Assembly: GCA_965198115.1 (NCBI GenBank)
Contig: OZ240241.1
Coordinates: forward strand, 7,136,001-7,200,000
Length of the DNA: 64,000 nt
DNA from: Candidatus Latescibacterota bacterium
Lineage (GTDB): Bacteria > Latescibacterota > UBA2968
Direction: 5' to 3'
Below the pieces are notes generated by a model, which did not search any database, had not been told where the DNA came from, and worked only from the letters and a program-made list of their open reading frames with translations. Shown piece by piece: positions 19,069 to 28,482 of this stretch. Both the position numbers and the translations under genes were made by a program. Positions within the stretch are counted from its first letter, which is position 1. Every line of letters starts with the position of its first letter.

Positions 19069-19130
19069 GGTAAGCCCCCGGCTCTGCCGGGGAGACTCCC
19101 AGAGTTTGACAGTTCGAGAAATATGTAAGA
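19069..19130 (+). mobile_element. Orphan IS200/IS605-type end hairpin (remnant)
   Basis: AAGCCCCCGGCTCTGCCGGGG hairpin followed by GACTCCCAGAGTTTGACAGTTC, resembling from memory the left ends of IS200-like tnpA elements; no tnpA follows. Confidence 0.5.
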
Positions 19131-19154
19131 GCGGCGCGTTCTCCGGGCGAATTA

Positions 19155-19355
19155 GTGAAGGGCGAGACATTCGAGGCCGTCCTTCTCGTCCTAAAGAGTA
19201 AGGGTATAGGGCCTTTCTACCGGACGATGTTGGGCGAGGGGAAGAGCGCAGCAGACCACGAAGAACTACGCATTGCATATTTTGGGTTTACTAGGCCCAG
19301 AAAGATCCTGTGCCTAGCTGTTTCTACTGAGGCTGATAGCGAGGGCTTGGGTTGA
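19155..19355 (+). pseudogene. UvrD/SF1 helicase extreme C-terminal fragment (GajB-like)
   Basis: (V)KGETFEAVLL...EELRIAYFGFTRPRKIL corresponds to SF1 motifs V and VI; everything upstream is missing. Confidence 0.7.
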
Positions 19356-19420
19356 ACGAATGAATCTGGACGCGGCGTACGCCGTCTAGGTCACTCTTGT
19401 AGGGTAGGGGTAATACTGCC

Positions 19421-19575
19421 TTGGAATACTTCCTTTTGCTGTGGGTCCTTCCCTCCGGAATAGCTGCCTGGATTGCGAATTCGAAAGGGCGCAGCGGGAC
19501 AGGAATCTTCTTCCTGTCGATGGTTGCGACGCCGTTGATCGGTCTCATTGTCGCTGCGGCTCTCAGTCCAGCGGT
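19421..19575 (+). pseudogene. Small phage-type membrane protein, 3'-truncated
   Basis: LLWVLPSGIAAWIANSKGRSGTGIFFLSMVATPLIGLIVAAAL (two TMs, KGRS motif); fuses into the recombinase remnant. Confidence 0.55.
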
Positions 19576-19849
19576 GGTCGGTGCCCGGGATCATCGACGA
19601 CGCCACCTGGCAAAAGGCACAGCCTGCGGCCAAGGACGGCAAGAAGTCGCAAGGCACCCGCACCGACGCGACCGAGTATCTGTTGGCAAGCTTCTTCGTT
19701 GCGGAGTCTGTCACGAAGAGGACCGAGGATACCGAGGGGGTGGACGGGGGATGTATGGCCAACGGTCGAACCTGATCGATGGCCGGCTCTACTGCAACGC
19801 CAGATTCGATCAGTTCGGAAAGAGGTGCAGCGCGCCCAGCCAAAAAATA

Positions 19850-21269
19850 GGCTATATCCGGATCTCTCAACGAGATGAAGTGGGTGAAGGTGCCGTGGTT
19901 CCTGGCATGGGGGCGCGGTTAGCGTGTGCGGAACCTCTTCGGAATCTGCTCAGGGATGTTTATGTCTCCGACGGTAAGGAAGATCATATCGTTGAATGCG
20001 TCGAGTGTGCGGAATCCGCTGGCTCGGTTCTTGACGATTTGGACGATTCGGTTGAGGCCTTCGGCGATGGCGTTGGTAAGACGCGTGTTCACGAATGCGA
20101 GGACGCCGAAGAAGTGCTGTCGCAGGGTCCTGACGAACTTTCGCAGGGGTTCACGTCGACTTCTGAGTGCGGACGTCGTCCAGCATTTCAGGAAGCGTTC
20201 GGCAGCCCAGGGCGCTTTGTATTCCCAGAACTGCTCGAACTCGTCCTTGAGTCTCCAGGCTCTATAGATTCGGTAGTTCGCCTTCTCCAGTGCTTTGAGT
20301 GTCCGAGTATCCCCTCTGGAGCGTGTCGCTGAGTGCCGGTAGAGGAGCCATCGGAGGCCCTTCATGGCTTTGCGCTCATCCGGGGCAGCTTTACGCCACT
20401 GGTCCTTACGGACCTCGTCAACGGCGGCATTGAGAGCCTTGACGATGTGAAAGCGATCGAGGACCAGCTTGGCATTCGGACAGTGTTCCTGGATGGCTCC
20501 GATGTAAGCTTCGCTCATGTCGCAGCAGGCCCACTCGATCTTGGATCTCTGGTAGGGACTGAGAGCCTCTGTGAAGAACCGATCGATCGTTTTACGCGCC
20601 CTGCCGCGGCCAACCCACACCACGCAGGAGCGGTCCAGATCGTAAACGAGCGTGGCGTACCTGTGACGCTTGGCGTAGGAGATCTCGTCGATCCCGATGG
20701 TTTTGAGCCCTCGGATACGATGACCTTCACGAAGCCGCGTGATGGATCGGTGAAGGAGATCCGACAGCGTCGAGGCAGAGATGCGCAGTAACTCGGACGC
20801 CGCCTTCTGCGTCATGGTCTGGCAGTAGCGCAGCATGGCATACTCGAAGCGATACGTCACCCGAGAGAACCGCTCCGCCCACGGAATCTCCTCGACCACA
20901 CGACCGTGGGTAGGACACCGAATCTCCCGAGGATGGTAGAGAAGCCAGACCCTCCACCCGCACACCGGAATGTCACGCCACCGACGCGGATGGGGCATTG
21001 TGCGGACGATTTTACCTCGACGGCCGCACTCCGGACAACAACAACCATTCTTATGTGGCTTTACGGCGATGACGAAACAGCTTCTCCCCTCAAACCACCA
21101 GCTGACAACACGGAACCCCTTGAATCTCAGCAGTTTCGATAGTAATCTGCTCCCGGTCATAGGTCGCACCCCCTTCGCTTTGATTGTCCTACACACACAA
21201 CCAAGCGTAGGGAACGATCTATGACCTTGTCATTCTATAGTTTCACCGTTGAGAAACCCGGATAGAGCC
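19850..21269 (-). mobile_element. ISL3-family insertion sequence, copy 2 (1420 bp)
   Basis: Same IRs as copy 1, inverted; 8-bp duplication AAAAAATA at 19842-19849 and 21270-21277. Confidence 0.95.
19919..21196 (-). CDS. ISL3-family transposase (near-identical to 5131..6408)
   Basis: Four amino-acid differences visible versus copy 1 (GCR/GRR, YRR/YQR, SRL/SRR, terminal L/R). Confidence 0.95.
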   Translation of the reverse strand: MCRTIKAKGVRPMTGSRLLSKLLRFKGFRVVSWWFEGRSCFVIAVKPHKNGCCCPECGRRGKIVRTMPHPRRWRDIPVCGWRVWLLYHPREIRCPTHGRVVEEIPWAERFSRVTYRFEYAMLRYCQTMTQKAASELLRISASTLSDLLHRSITRLREGHRIRGLKTIGIDEISYAKRHRYATLVYDLDRSCVVWVGRGRARKTIDRFFTEALSPYQRSKIEWACCDMSEAYIGAIQEHCPNAKLVLDRFHIVKALNAAVDEVRKDQWRKAAPDERKAMKGLRWLLYRHSATRSRGDTRTLKALEKANYRIYRAWRLKDEFEQFWEYKAPWAAERFLKCWTTSALRSRREPLRKFVRTLRQHFFGVLAFVNTRLTNAIAEGLNRIVQIVKNRASGFRTLDAFNDMIFLTVGDINIPEQIPKRFRTR

Positions 21270-21870
21270 AAAAAATATCGGACGTGAATCAGCGAGTGTC
21301 CGCACAAGTGCATCGGATGCTGATGAAGCCCGAGAAAATCCTGGCGATCTGGCAGGAACAGTTCGATTCAGAAGGCGGAGAAGCGATGGCGCAGCGACTC
21401 GAAAGTCTGAAAAAGAAGAGGGACGGTCTTGCAGGACATGTTGAGCGAGCGGATTTTGCGTACGTATCTGGAACGCTGACGGGAAGCCGGTATCAAAAGC
21501 AAGTGGACAGGATCCAAGCAGAAGGCGTGCACCTGGATCAAGAGATTCATCAGATAACTGCCAAGCTGGATGCGCGCGAGGGGGCCGACGCACTTAAGGA
21601 TGGTCTCGCCCACGCGCTGACGTTTGCGGGCGATGGAATCCTCTCGCTAGTCGATGTCGACGATACGGTTCCATCTTTTCTCGTAAAGAATAGAAGCTAC
21701 TCAGAGGATCAGCTTAAGCAGTTTCGAATGCGCAAGGCCATCATCCACGCCTGTGTCGAGCGGATTCATCTACATCCGGGGGGTGAGATGGTCTTGGATT
21801 ACCGGGTGAATCCACGTAAACTCTCGGCAGCCTTTCTCTCTGTCGATGGGTTTGAACATCCAACTGGTAC

Positions 21871-21983
21871 CAGACACCAAGACACCAAGAGAAGCGCGGA
21901 GGACGGGAGACAGTGGACGTCTCCAGAGCCAAGGCGACCAGTGGCCCGTAGAGGGTTGACGGTTGACAGTAGACGGAGACGGC
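21871..21983 (+). repeat. Host-type degenerate tandem repeats (8-mer GACACCAA; 7-mer GTTGACG-like)
   Basis: CA-GACACCAA-GACACCAA-GAG and GTAGAGG-GTTGACG-GTTGACA-GTAGACG; the same 8-mer class occurs at 45501-45565. Confidence 0.6.
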
Positions 21984-22065
21984 TTCGCCTTTGTGGATAT
22001 TGACAATGAGGACAGTGACTGCGGCTTCGTCTGTTTGTGGTTCCTTAAGACTGTTTGAGGTTTGA

Positions 22066-23043
22066 ATGTATCGGTTGAGTAAGCCAGAGGGTGCGTATCA
22101 GGTTGTTCTCGAGGATGTGCCGGTTCCGGAGATCGCATCGACCGAGGTACTGATTCGGGCGGAGACGTCGTTGATCAGCAGAGGTTCCGAGATCTGGCGA
22201 CGGTATGTGCGGACCGAGGCGCTCGATCCGAAGGTTATGGGATATTCGATGGTGGGTTCGATCGTTGCGGTGGGGGCCAACGTCGAGGGCGACTATTCGA
22301 TGGGGGATCGGGTCGCATCGCTGTCGCCGCACGCAGAGTACGTCGTGGTAGAAGTCAACGGTGCAAGAAATCAGCCGCCCCTAGTCGTGCTGCCCAACGA
22401 CGTCTCTACTGAGGCGGGTACCTTTTGGCCGCTCGGCACCAGTTCGGTTATGTGGATGGACGAACTGGATGTGTCGGACGATACGGTCGTGTTCATGGGG
22501 CAAGGTTTGGTCGGTAGTGGATGTCTCCAGGCTCTTCGTGCTCGCTCGAAAGCCAGATTGGTCGCCGTGGACGCTATCCCCGCCCGGTGTGAACTGGCCG
22601 GTCGTCTGGGGGCGGACGTCGTGATCGATGTGTCGAAAGAAGATCCGGTTGAAGTGGTGAACGGCCAGACGGACGGAAAGGGTGCCGATTTTTCGATCTA
22701 TGCCGTCGGTGGGCGGTCGGGTCCGAGGGCGTTCGAGCAGGCCCTCGAATTGACGCGGCGCGGGGGGATGGTCCAGGTCATCGGTCTGTATGAGGATGAT
22801 CCGCTGCCGCTGGATTCCGGCAAGATCCAGGGCAAACGGATCCTGGGTGGCTACACGGATTCCTCTCGGCGACCCGAAGCATCCGATCGCTGCATCCAAT
22901 ACCTGGCCGAAGGACGGTTCTCCGTGGAGGAGATGGTCACGCATCGCTTTCCGTACCAGGAGGTAGCTGAAGCTTTCGATCTGCTTTACAATCGTTTGCA
23001 CGAAGCGATGGCCGTGTTGCTGCAGTGGCAGGTTGATCAGTGA
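22066..23043 (+). CDS. Zinc-binding alcohol dehydrogenase (MDR) family
   Basis: SLISRGSE, GYSMVG, GQGLVG, GADVVID, VTHRFP. Confidence 0.9.
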   Translation: MYRLSKPEGAYQVVLEDVPVPEIASTEVLIRAETSLISRGSEIWRRYVRTEALDPKVMGYSMVGSIVAVGANVEGDYSMGDRVASLSPHAEYVVVEVNGARNQPPLVVLPNDVSTEAGTFWPLGTSSVMWMDELDVSDDTVVFMGQGLVGSGCLQALRARSKARLVAVDAIPARCELAGRLGADVVIDVSKEDPVEVVNGQTDGKGADFSIYAVGGRSGPRAFEQALELTRRGGMVQVIGLYEDDPLPLDSGKIQGKRILGGYTDSSRRPEASDRCIQYLAEGRFSVEEMVTHRFPYQEVAEAFDLLYNRLHEAMAVLLQWQVDQ

Positions 23044-23100
23044 AAAATGCAAAGTGACGAATGAAAATGGGATGCAGGGGACCGTGTTGATGGAGGCTGC

Positions 23101-23976
23101 ATGAGGAATGGGTTCTTCAAGGGGCACGGGTTGGGGAACGATTACATCGTGATGGATCCTCGCGATCTGGATTTCAAGCTGACACCCAAGAACATCCGTC
23201 TAATCTGTGATCGAAACTGGGGGATTGGGAGCGACGGGATTCTCACCCTCGAACGTTCGAAAGCGGCGCATTTTGGCTTTCGGATTTACAATCCCGACGG
23301 GAGTGAAGCGGAAAAATCGGGTAACGGGCTCCGCATCTTCGCGCGCTACCTTCACGCGACTCGGAAGACGAGGAGGAAGACGTTCACCGTGGATACAAAG
23401 GGCGGCCTAGTATCAATCGATCTTCAGGTGGATCGCTACGGTGACGCGAGTGCGGCGACGGTGGAAATGGGGCAGGCGACGTTCGCGCCGAAGGCATTGC
23501 CGTGCTCGTTGAAGGTCGACGAGCTGATCGAACAGCCCATCACTGCTGATAGGCAGAAGCTGACCTTCACGGGGGTGAGCGTGGGGAATCCTCATTGCGT
23601 CGTGTTCCGGCCAAGGGGGAAAAAGTGGTCACGGGAAGAATTGTTCACTCTGGGTCCGGAGCTCGAAAACCACAGGCTCTTTCCGCGACGAACGAACGTG
23701 CAGTTGGCGGTGCCGACGGGACCCCGCGAGATCTACATCCAGATCTGGGAGCGTGGGGCGGGTGAGACCCTGGCGTCGGGCTCGTCGTCGTGCGCGGCCG
23801 CGAGCGCGGCGGTCCGATTAGGACTGGTGAAATCACCCGTTCGAGTCAAAGCGCCGGGTGGCACGCTTAATATCGAGGTTGATGAGGACTACAACCTGAC
23901 GATGCGGGGACCCGTTGCCGAGGTGGGGCGCGGGCACCTGAGTGCGTCGCTCGTGAGGGAGTTGAATAGACGCTAA
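23101..23976 (+). CDS. dapF: Diaminopimelate epimerase
   Basis: FFKGHGLGNDY, GIGSDG, NPDGSEAEKSGNG, VGNPH, ERGAGETLASGSS. Both catalytic Cys positions read Ser. Confidence 0.88.
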   Translation: MRNGFFKGHGLGNDYIVMDPRDLDFKLTPKNIRLICDRNWGIGSDGILTLERSKAAHFGFRIYNPDGSEAEKSGNGLRIFARYLHATRKTRRKTFTVDTKGGLVSIDLQVDRYGDASAATVEMGQATFAPKALPCSLKVDELIEQPITADRQKLTFTGVSVGNPHCVVFRPRGKKWSREELFTLGPELENHRLFPRRTNVQLAVPTGPREIYIQIWERGAGETLASGSSSCAAASAAVRLGLVKSPVRVKAPGGTLNIEVDEDYNLTMRGPVAEVGRGHLSASLVRELNRR

Positions 23977-24030
23977 CCGCGAAGACTCGAAGATACCAAG
24001 AAAACCACAGCGTCCACGAAGACGCGAAGA

Positions 24031-25192
24031 ATGAAGGGACCTGACCCAGTCGAAGAGGTGTCCACTGAGCGCCGGAAGTCGGCAACTAGAGATCAACCTG
24101 CACCCAGGCGGCTTTAACGAACCTTCGGTTGAGCGAGAGGAAATCGCGGCTGCGCTGCACGAAGCGTGGGTCCGGAAACTGCTCGTTTGGTGGGACCATT
24201 ACAACGAGGCTTACCTCGATAGCGCGTTGAGCAGACCGGTGATTGTGCTGTCGGAGGCGACACACACTCTCGGTCACTGGGACCGGTCGCGTCGGTCGAT
24301 TGCAATTTCGAGCACGCACATCGCCTCCCACGCTTGGGAAGACGTGCTCGACACGCTTCGTCACGAGATGGCGCACCAGTATGTGGACGATGTCCTTCGT
24401 CCGGCCGACGAGCCCGCACACGGATCCGCCTTCAGAGAGGCCTGTCACGAGCTCCGGTGTTCGCCTCTCGCATCTACAGATTCGGAGGTGTTGGGACAGC
24501 AGGACGATCGTACGCTGCGTGTTGTGAAGAAGCTTCTGTCGCTGGCGGACAGTCCGAACGAGCACGAGGCGCAGGTGGCCGTTCAGAAGGCGCACAGGTT
24601 GCTCGTGAAATACAACATCGATCTGGTGAATCTGGATGCAGAACGCCGGTTCGAATCGCGCATTCTTGGTGAGGTCAAGGGGCGACATACGTCGGCCGAG
24701 ATCTGGCTGAGTGCGATTCTGAATCGGTTTTTCTTTGTCGAGGCCATATGGTCTCAGAGCTATGACGCTGTTCGGGATCGACAGGGAACGCGTTTACAAA
24801 TCTTCGGTACGCCTCAGAATCTGGATATGGCGGAGTATGTCCACGCCTATCTGATCGGCCTGATGCCACGCCTTTGGGAAAGCTACCGAGAGATGGAAGG
24901 GATTCGGGGCAACCGCGAGCGACAACGCTACTACACTGGCGTGCTGGAGGGTTTCCACTCGAAGCTGACCGAGCAGGAACGCCGGCTAGAGCGTGAACAC
25001 GCGCTGGTCTGGACGGGTGATGCGGCACTAAAACATTACTATCGCTACATCAACCCGAATGTTCATACCAGATACGGTGGGGGTGGACGGCGAAACGATG
25101 TCTATGACGCAGGTGTGGAAGAGGGCCGAAACGTGGACATCCACCGGCCGGTCGGAGAGAAAGGGTCCGGGACGAAGGGGTTGCTGACGTAG
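24031..25192 (+). CDS. SprT-like metalloprotease fused to DUF2786 (probable 5' frameshift)
   Basis: LRHEMAHQ (HExxH), AHGSAF, VKKLLSLADSPNEHEA. The frame stays open upstream of 24227 without a start; the ATG at 24031 is in another frame. Confidence 0.8.
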
Positions 25193-25255
25193 CAGCTTTG
25201 CGCCACACTCCCAGCAGGCGTCAAGTTCCTTCCCTTTCCGAAGGAGAACCAGGAT

Positions 25256-26368
25256 TCAGGAAACGCTGTACTTTTTGACGGTTTCTTCGTTAATGGTGAT
25301 GCCGAGCCCCGGAGCTTCAGGGACGTGAACGTGGCCATCGACAACCTCGAATACCTCGTTCGTGAGTTCGTGGCGGAGCGGGGATCCGGCCATGCAGAAT
25401 TCGAAAATGCTACCGTTCGGGCAGGCGGAGAGCGCGTGGAGTGAAGCGGCGATGGTGATACCACTCTTGAAGCTGTGGTTGACGACATTTCGGTGGTGGG
25501 CGTGGGCGAAGCGGCCGGCTTCGACAAAGGTGGAGATTCCGCAGCGGCCGGGATCTGGTTGTATCCAGTCGAGACCCCCGTCAGTGACAAGTCGCTGAAA
25601 GTCCTTGAGGCGTGATTCGGCTTCGCCCGTCGCGATGGGGACCGGGCTTTCGGCCGTCAGGTGGCTGTAGCCCTCCACATCCTCGGGATGTAGAGGTTCT
25701 TCGATCCAGAAGGGTCGAAACGGCAGGAACTGCTTCGCCCGCGTGTTCGCCGTCTTCCAGTCCCAGACCTGACCGGCGTCGATCAAGATGTCGACGTCTT
25801 CGCCGGCTCCAGCCCTTGCCTGTTCGACAAGAGCGGTATCGGTTGTCTCGTCTGTCCCCATCGGTCCCCAACCGAACTTGATGGCCGTGAATCCCTGGTC
25901 GGCGTGTCGTGCGGCGAGATCGTATGTCTCTTCGGGTGTGTCTCCGAACAGAATCGAACAATACGCACGGAATTTTGACTGGAGTGGGCCTCCGAGTAGC
26001 CGACTGATCGGTTGACCCACGGCCTTCCCCGCGATGTCCCAGAGGGCGATGTTGATCCCCGCCATGGCGTGGCTCCCCGCTCCGACGCGCCCGTAGTAGT
26101 TGGCGGCCTCATCCATCTTGAGCATACAGGCTTCGATGGCCAGCGGATCTTCTCCGACGAGGGCGTTGGCGAGACCGTTGCAGATCTGGTGAGACAGGGG
26201 AGCCTCGACGACGGCCTTTACGACGGTGGGGCACGAATCGACCTCGCCCCATCCGGTGATTCCTTCATCGGTGTCGATGCGAATCAGGCACGTGTCCTGC
26301 GTGCCGTCGCAGTCGGCGGTGACTTCGGGCAATCGTAGGACGGTGGCGGTGACGGATGTGATTTTCAC
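25256..26368 (-). CDS. Mandelate racemase/muconate lactonizing enzyme family
   Basis: TDEGITGWGE, IALWDIAGK, KFGWG, LIDAG, WIEEP, ATGE, QPDPG, PGLG. Confidence 0.92.
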   Translation of the reverse strand: MKITSVTATVLRLPEVTADCDGTQDTCLIRIDTDEGITGWGEVDSCPTVVKAVVEAPLSHQICNGLANALVGEDPLAIEACMLKMDEAANYYGRVGAGSHAMAGINIALWDIAGKAVGQPISRLLGGPLQSKFRAYCSILFGDTPEETYDLAARHADQGFTAIKFGWGPMGTDETTDTALVEQARAGAGEDVDILIDAGQVWDWKTANTRAKQFLPFRPFWIEEPLHPEDVEGYSHLTAESPVPIATGEAESRLKDFQRLVTDGGLDWIQPDPGRCGISTFVEAGRFAHAHHRNVVNHSFKSGITIAASLHALSACPNGSIFEFCMAGSPLRHELTNEVFEVVDGHVHVPEAPGLGITINEETVKKYSVS

Positions 26369-26562
26369 GATTTGGCTCCCGAAGGGGCTCGAACAACCAA
26401 GACTCCAAGATAGGAACGTACGAACGTGTGTGCCATACTGTGGTCGTCGTGTCGAAGGGAAGTTGTAGAACCGGTTTGCCGGGTAGAGGCTGCGAGCACA
26501 TCTTGTTGAGCGCAACAACCCAACCAGAGATCATTGGACGTGCATTGACAGGGGTAGACGCT

Positions 26563-27315
26563 ATGTCTGTGATGGATGACTACAAGGTGAACTACGAACG
26601 GGACGGCGTGTTGCCGAAGGTCGGTGTGTTCAGCCAGGAGGAAATCGATCGTTACCGCGCCGATTTCGATGAGCTAGAGGCGCGGGAGGGCAAAGAGAAC
26701 TGCCAGATCGGTCTCCAGGGCCGGCACACGAGCGAGCGGTTCATCTGGGAGCTCGCGACCGACGATCGGGTTCTGGACGTGATGGAGGCCGTGGTGGGCG
26801 ATGACGTGATGCTGTTGTCGACGCACTTCTTCTGCAAGTACCCCGACAAGGATGCTCGATCCTTCGTGGCCTGGCATCAGGATACCACCTACTGGGGGCT
26901 CGAACCACCAGAAGCCCATACGGCTTGGATCGCGGTCGACGACAGCGATGTCGAAAACGGCTGTATGCGTGTGATTCCGGGTTCGCACGCGGACGGCATC
27001 GTGACCCACGAGAAGTCCGATCGGGACGGTAATCTTTTGAGCATCAATCAAGAGATTCCAGATGAGCTGGTGGACAACAGTTCGGCGCTCGATCTGGAAC
27101 TGAAGGCAGGTCAGATGTCGGTTCACCACGGTCAGATTTTCCACGCCAGTATGCCGAACGGCTCGAACCGCCGTCGCTGCGGGTTGACAGTTCGGTTCGT
27201 GCCGCCCTACGTCCAACAAGCCGAGTTGAACTCCCTGAAACAGAACTGGCAGCCGATCGTGGTTCGGGGGAAGGATTCGTATGGGAACTTCGAGGAGACG
27301 CCAGCACCGTTTTGA
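26563..27315 (+). CDS. Phytanoyl-CoA dioxygenase (PhyH) family
   Basis: WHQD, NGCMRVIPGSH, HASMPN.SNRRR. Confidence 0.92.
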   Translation: MSVMDDYKVNYERDGVLPKVGVFSQEEIDRYRADFDELEAREGKENCQIGLQGRHTSERFIWELATDDRVLDVMEAVVGDDVMLLSTHFFCKYPDKDARSFVAWHQDTTYWGLEPPEAHTAWIAVDDSDVENGCMRVIPGSHADGIVTHEKSDRDGNLLSINQEIPDELVDNSSALDLELKAGQMSVHHGQIFHASMPNGSNRRRCGLTVRFVPPYVQQAELNSLKQNWQPIVVRGKDSYGNFEETPAPF

Positions 27316-27386
27316 GGATCGAACGTCGAGAACCGGGCTTGGAAGTCGAACCACCCATTCCGTTTTAGCTGAGTGAGGGGGGTGCA

Positions 27387-28454
27387 GTGGCGTTCGAGTG
27401 GCAGACGGATGATCCGGAAAACCAAGGCCTCGATCACGATCGATTGGCGGAGATGGAAACGGAGCTGGCCCGCCAGGGGACGAAGGGTTTCGTGGTCGCT
27501 CGGAACGATCGTGTTGTGTGGGAGTACTATGCCGAGGGCCACGGGTCGGATGTGAAGCATTATTCGGCGTCGCTGGCAAAGGCGCTCGTTGGAGGTACGT
27601 CCCTGATGTTCGCGATGGCCGACGGGCTGATCGACCCGGAAGACTGCACGTGTCGTTACGTACCCGAGTGGCAGGGCGATCCCACTCGTGAAGAGATTAC
27701 GATTCGTCACCTCGCGACCCACTCATCGGGTGTGCAGGACGCTGAGATTTATCAGAAGTCACACGAAGATCTGCCCGATTGGATGGGTGCTTTCTGGCGG
27801 CGTGAGCCCGATCCCTTCTCGATTTCGCGTGATCAGGCCCCCACGATCTTTCGTCCGGGAACGGATTACCACTACAGCAATCCGGGTATGGCGATGCTCG
27901 CCTACGCGGTCACGGCCAGTCTGAAGGATCAGCAGCACGGGGACATCCGGTCTCTCCTCCGGGCTCGACTGATGGAACCGCTTGGCATCGAAGACGGGGC
28001 GTGGTCCTGTGGCTACGGGCAGACTTTCGACGTCAACGGTCTTCCTCTGGTGGCGAATTGGGGTGGCGGCGGATTCACCGCACGGGCAGTTGCGTCGGTC
28101 GCGCGGTTGATGTTGCGCAGGGGGGATTGGGACGGAGAACGTGTGGTCGAATCCCGTTGGGTGGAGCGCGTTCTGGCCGATGCGGGTACGCCCGTGCCAC
28201 GACGACCAGACGGCAACTCGGCACCCGTCTGCGGGCTCGGCTGGTACACGAACGCCGACGGCAACTGGGTGAACGTGCCTCGGGATGCTTTTGCGGGCGC
28301 TGGCGCAGGCAATCAGGTCTTGATGGCGTCGCTTGAGTTGAACCTGATCCTGGTACGCAACGGGTCGCCCCTCGAACAGGGACCGGGCCGGGCGATGTCG
28401 TGGCGGAATGTCGAAAGGCATCTGTTCGATCCGCTGATGCAGGCCATTCACTGA
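27387..28454 (+). CDS. Serine hydrolase, AmpC/beta-lactamase family
   Basis: SLAK (SxxK), HLATHSSG, YHYSN, AGAG. Confidence 0.9.
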   Translation: MAFEWQTDDPENQGLDHDRLAEMETELARQGTKGFVVARNDRVVWEYYAEGHGSDVKHYSASLAKALVGGTSLMFAMADGLIDPEDCTCRYVPEWQGDPTREEITIRHLATHSSGVQDAEIYQKSHEDLPDWMGAFWRREPDPFSISRDQAPTIFRPGTDYHYSNPGMAMLAYAVTASLKDQQHGDIRSLLRARLMEPLGIEDGAWSCGYGQTFDVNGLPLVANWGGGGFTARAVASVARLMLRRGDWDGERVVESRWVERVLADAGTPVPRRPDGNSAPVCGLGWYTNADGNWVNVPRDAFAGAGAGNQVLMASLELNLILVRNGSPLEQGPGRAMSWRNVERHLFDPLMQAIH

Positions 28455-28482
28455 TGTCATACCACGTAAGCGGAGAGGACGC

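Larger units (their letters stand above)
19575..22003 (+). pseudogene. Large serine recombinase, C-terminal remnant split by ISL3
   Basis: VPGIIDDATWQKAQ (end of recombinase domain), EYL/LLRCGVC...LYC...C zinc ribbon, then after the IS a coiled coil and RKAIIHACVERIHLHP. The catalytic N-terminal domain is absent. Confidence 0.75.

Noticed and set aside
10578-19355. Functional type I RM or Gabija system
   Set aside because: Only C-terminal fragments of HsdR and of a UvrD helicase remain.
19421-20332. 303-aa ORF as a real gene (likewise 5995..6786)
   Set aside because: Chimeric read-through of gene fragments into the antisense strand of ISL3.
5058-21269. Composite transposon that delivered the SNF2-SbcCD-like cargo
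   Set aside because: Each ISL3 copy has its own target duplication and interrupts a gene that continues on both sides, so the insertions were independent.
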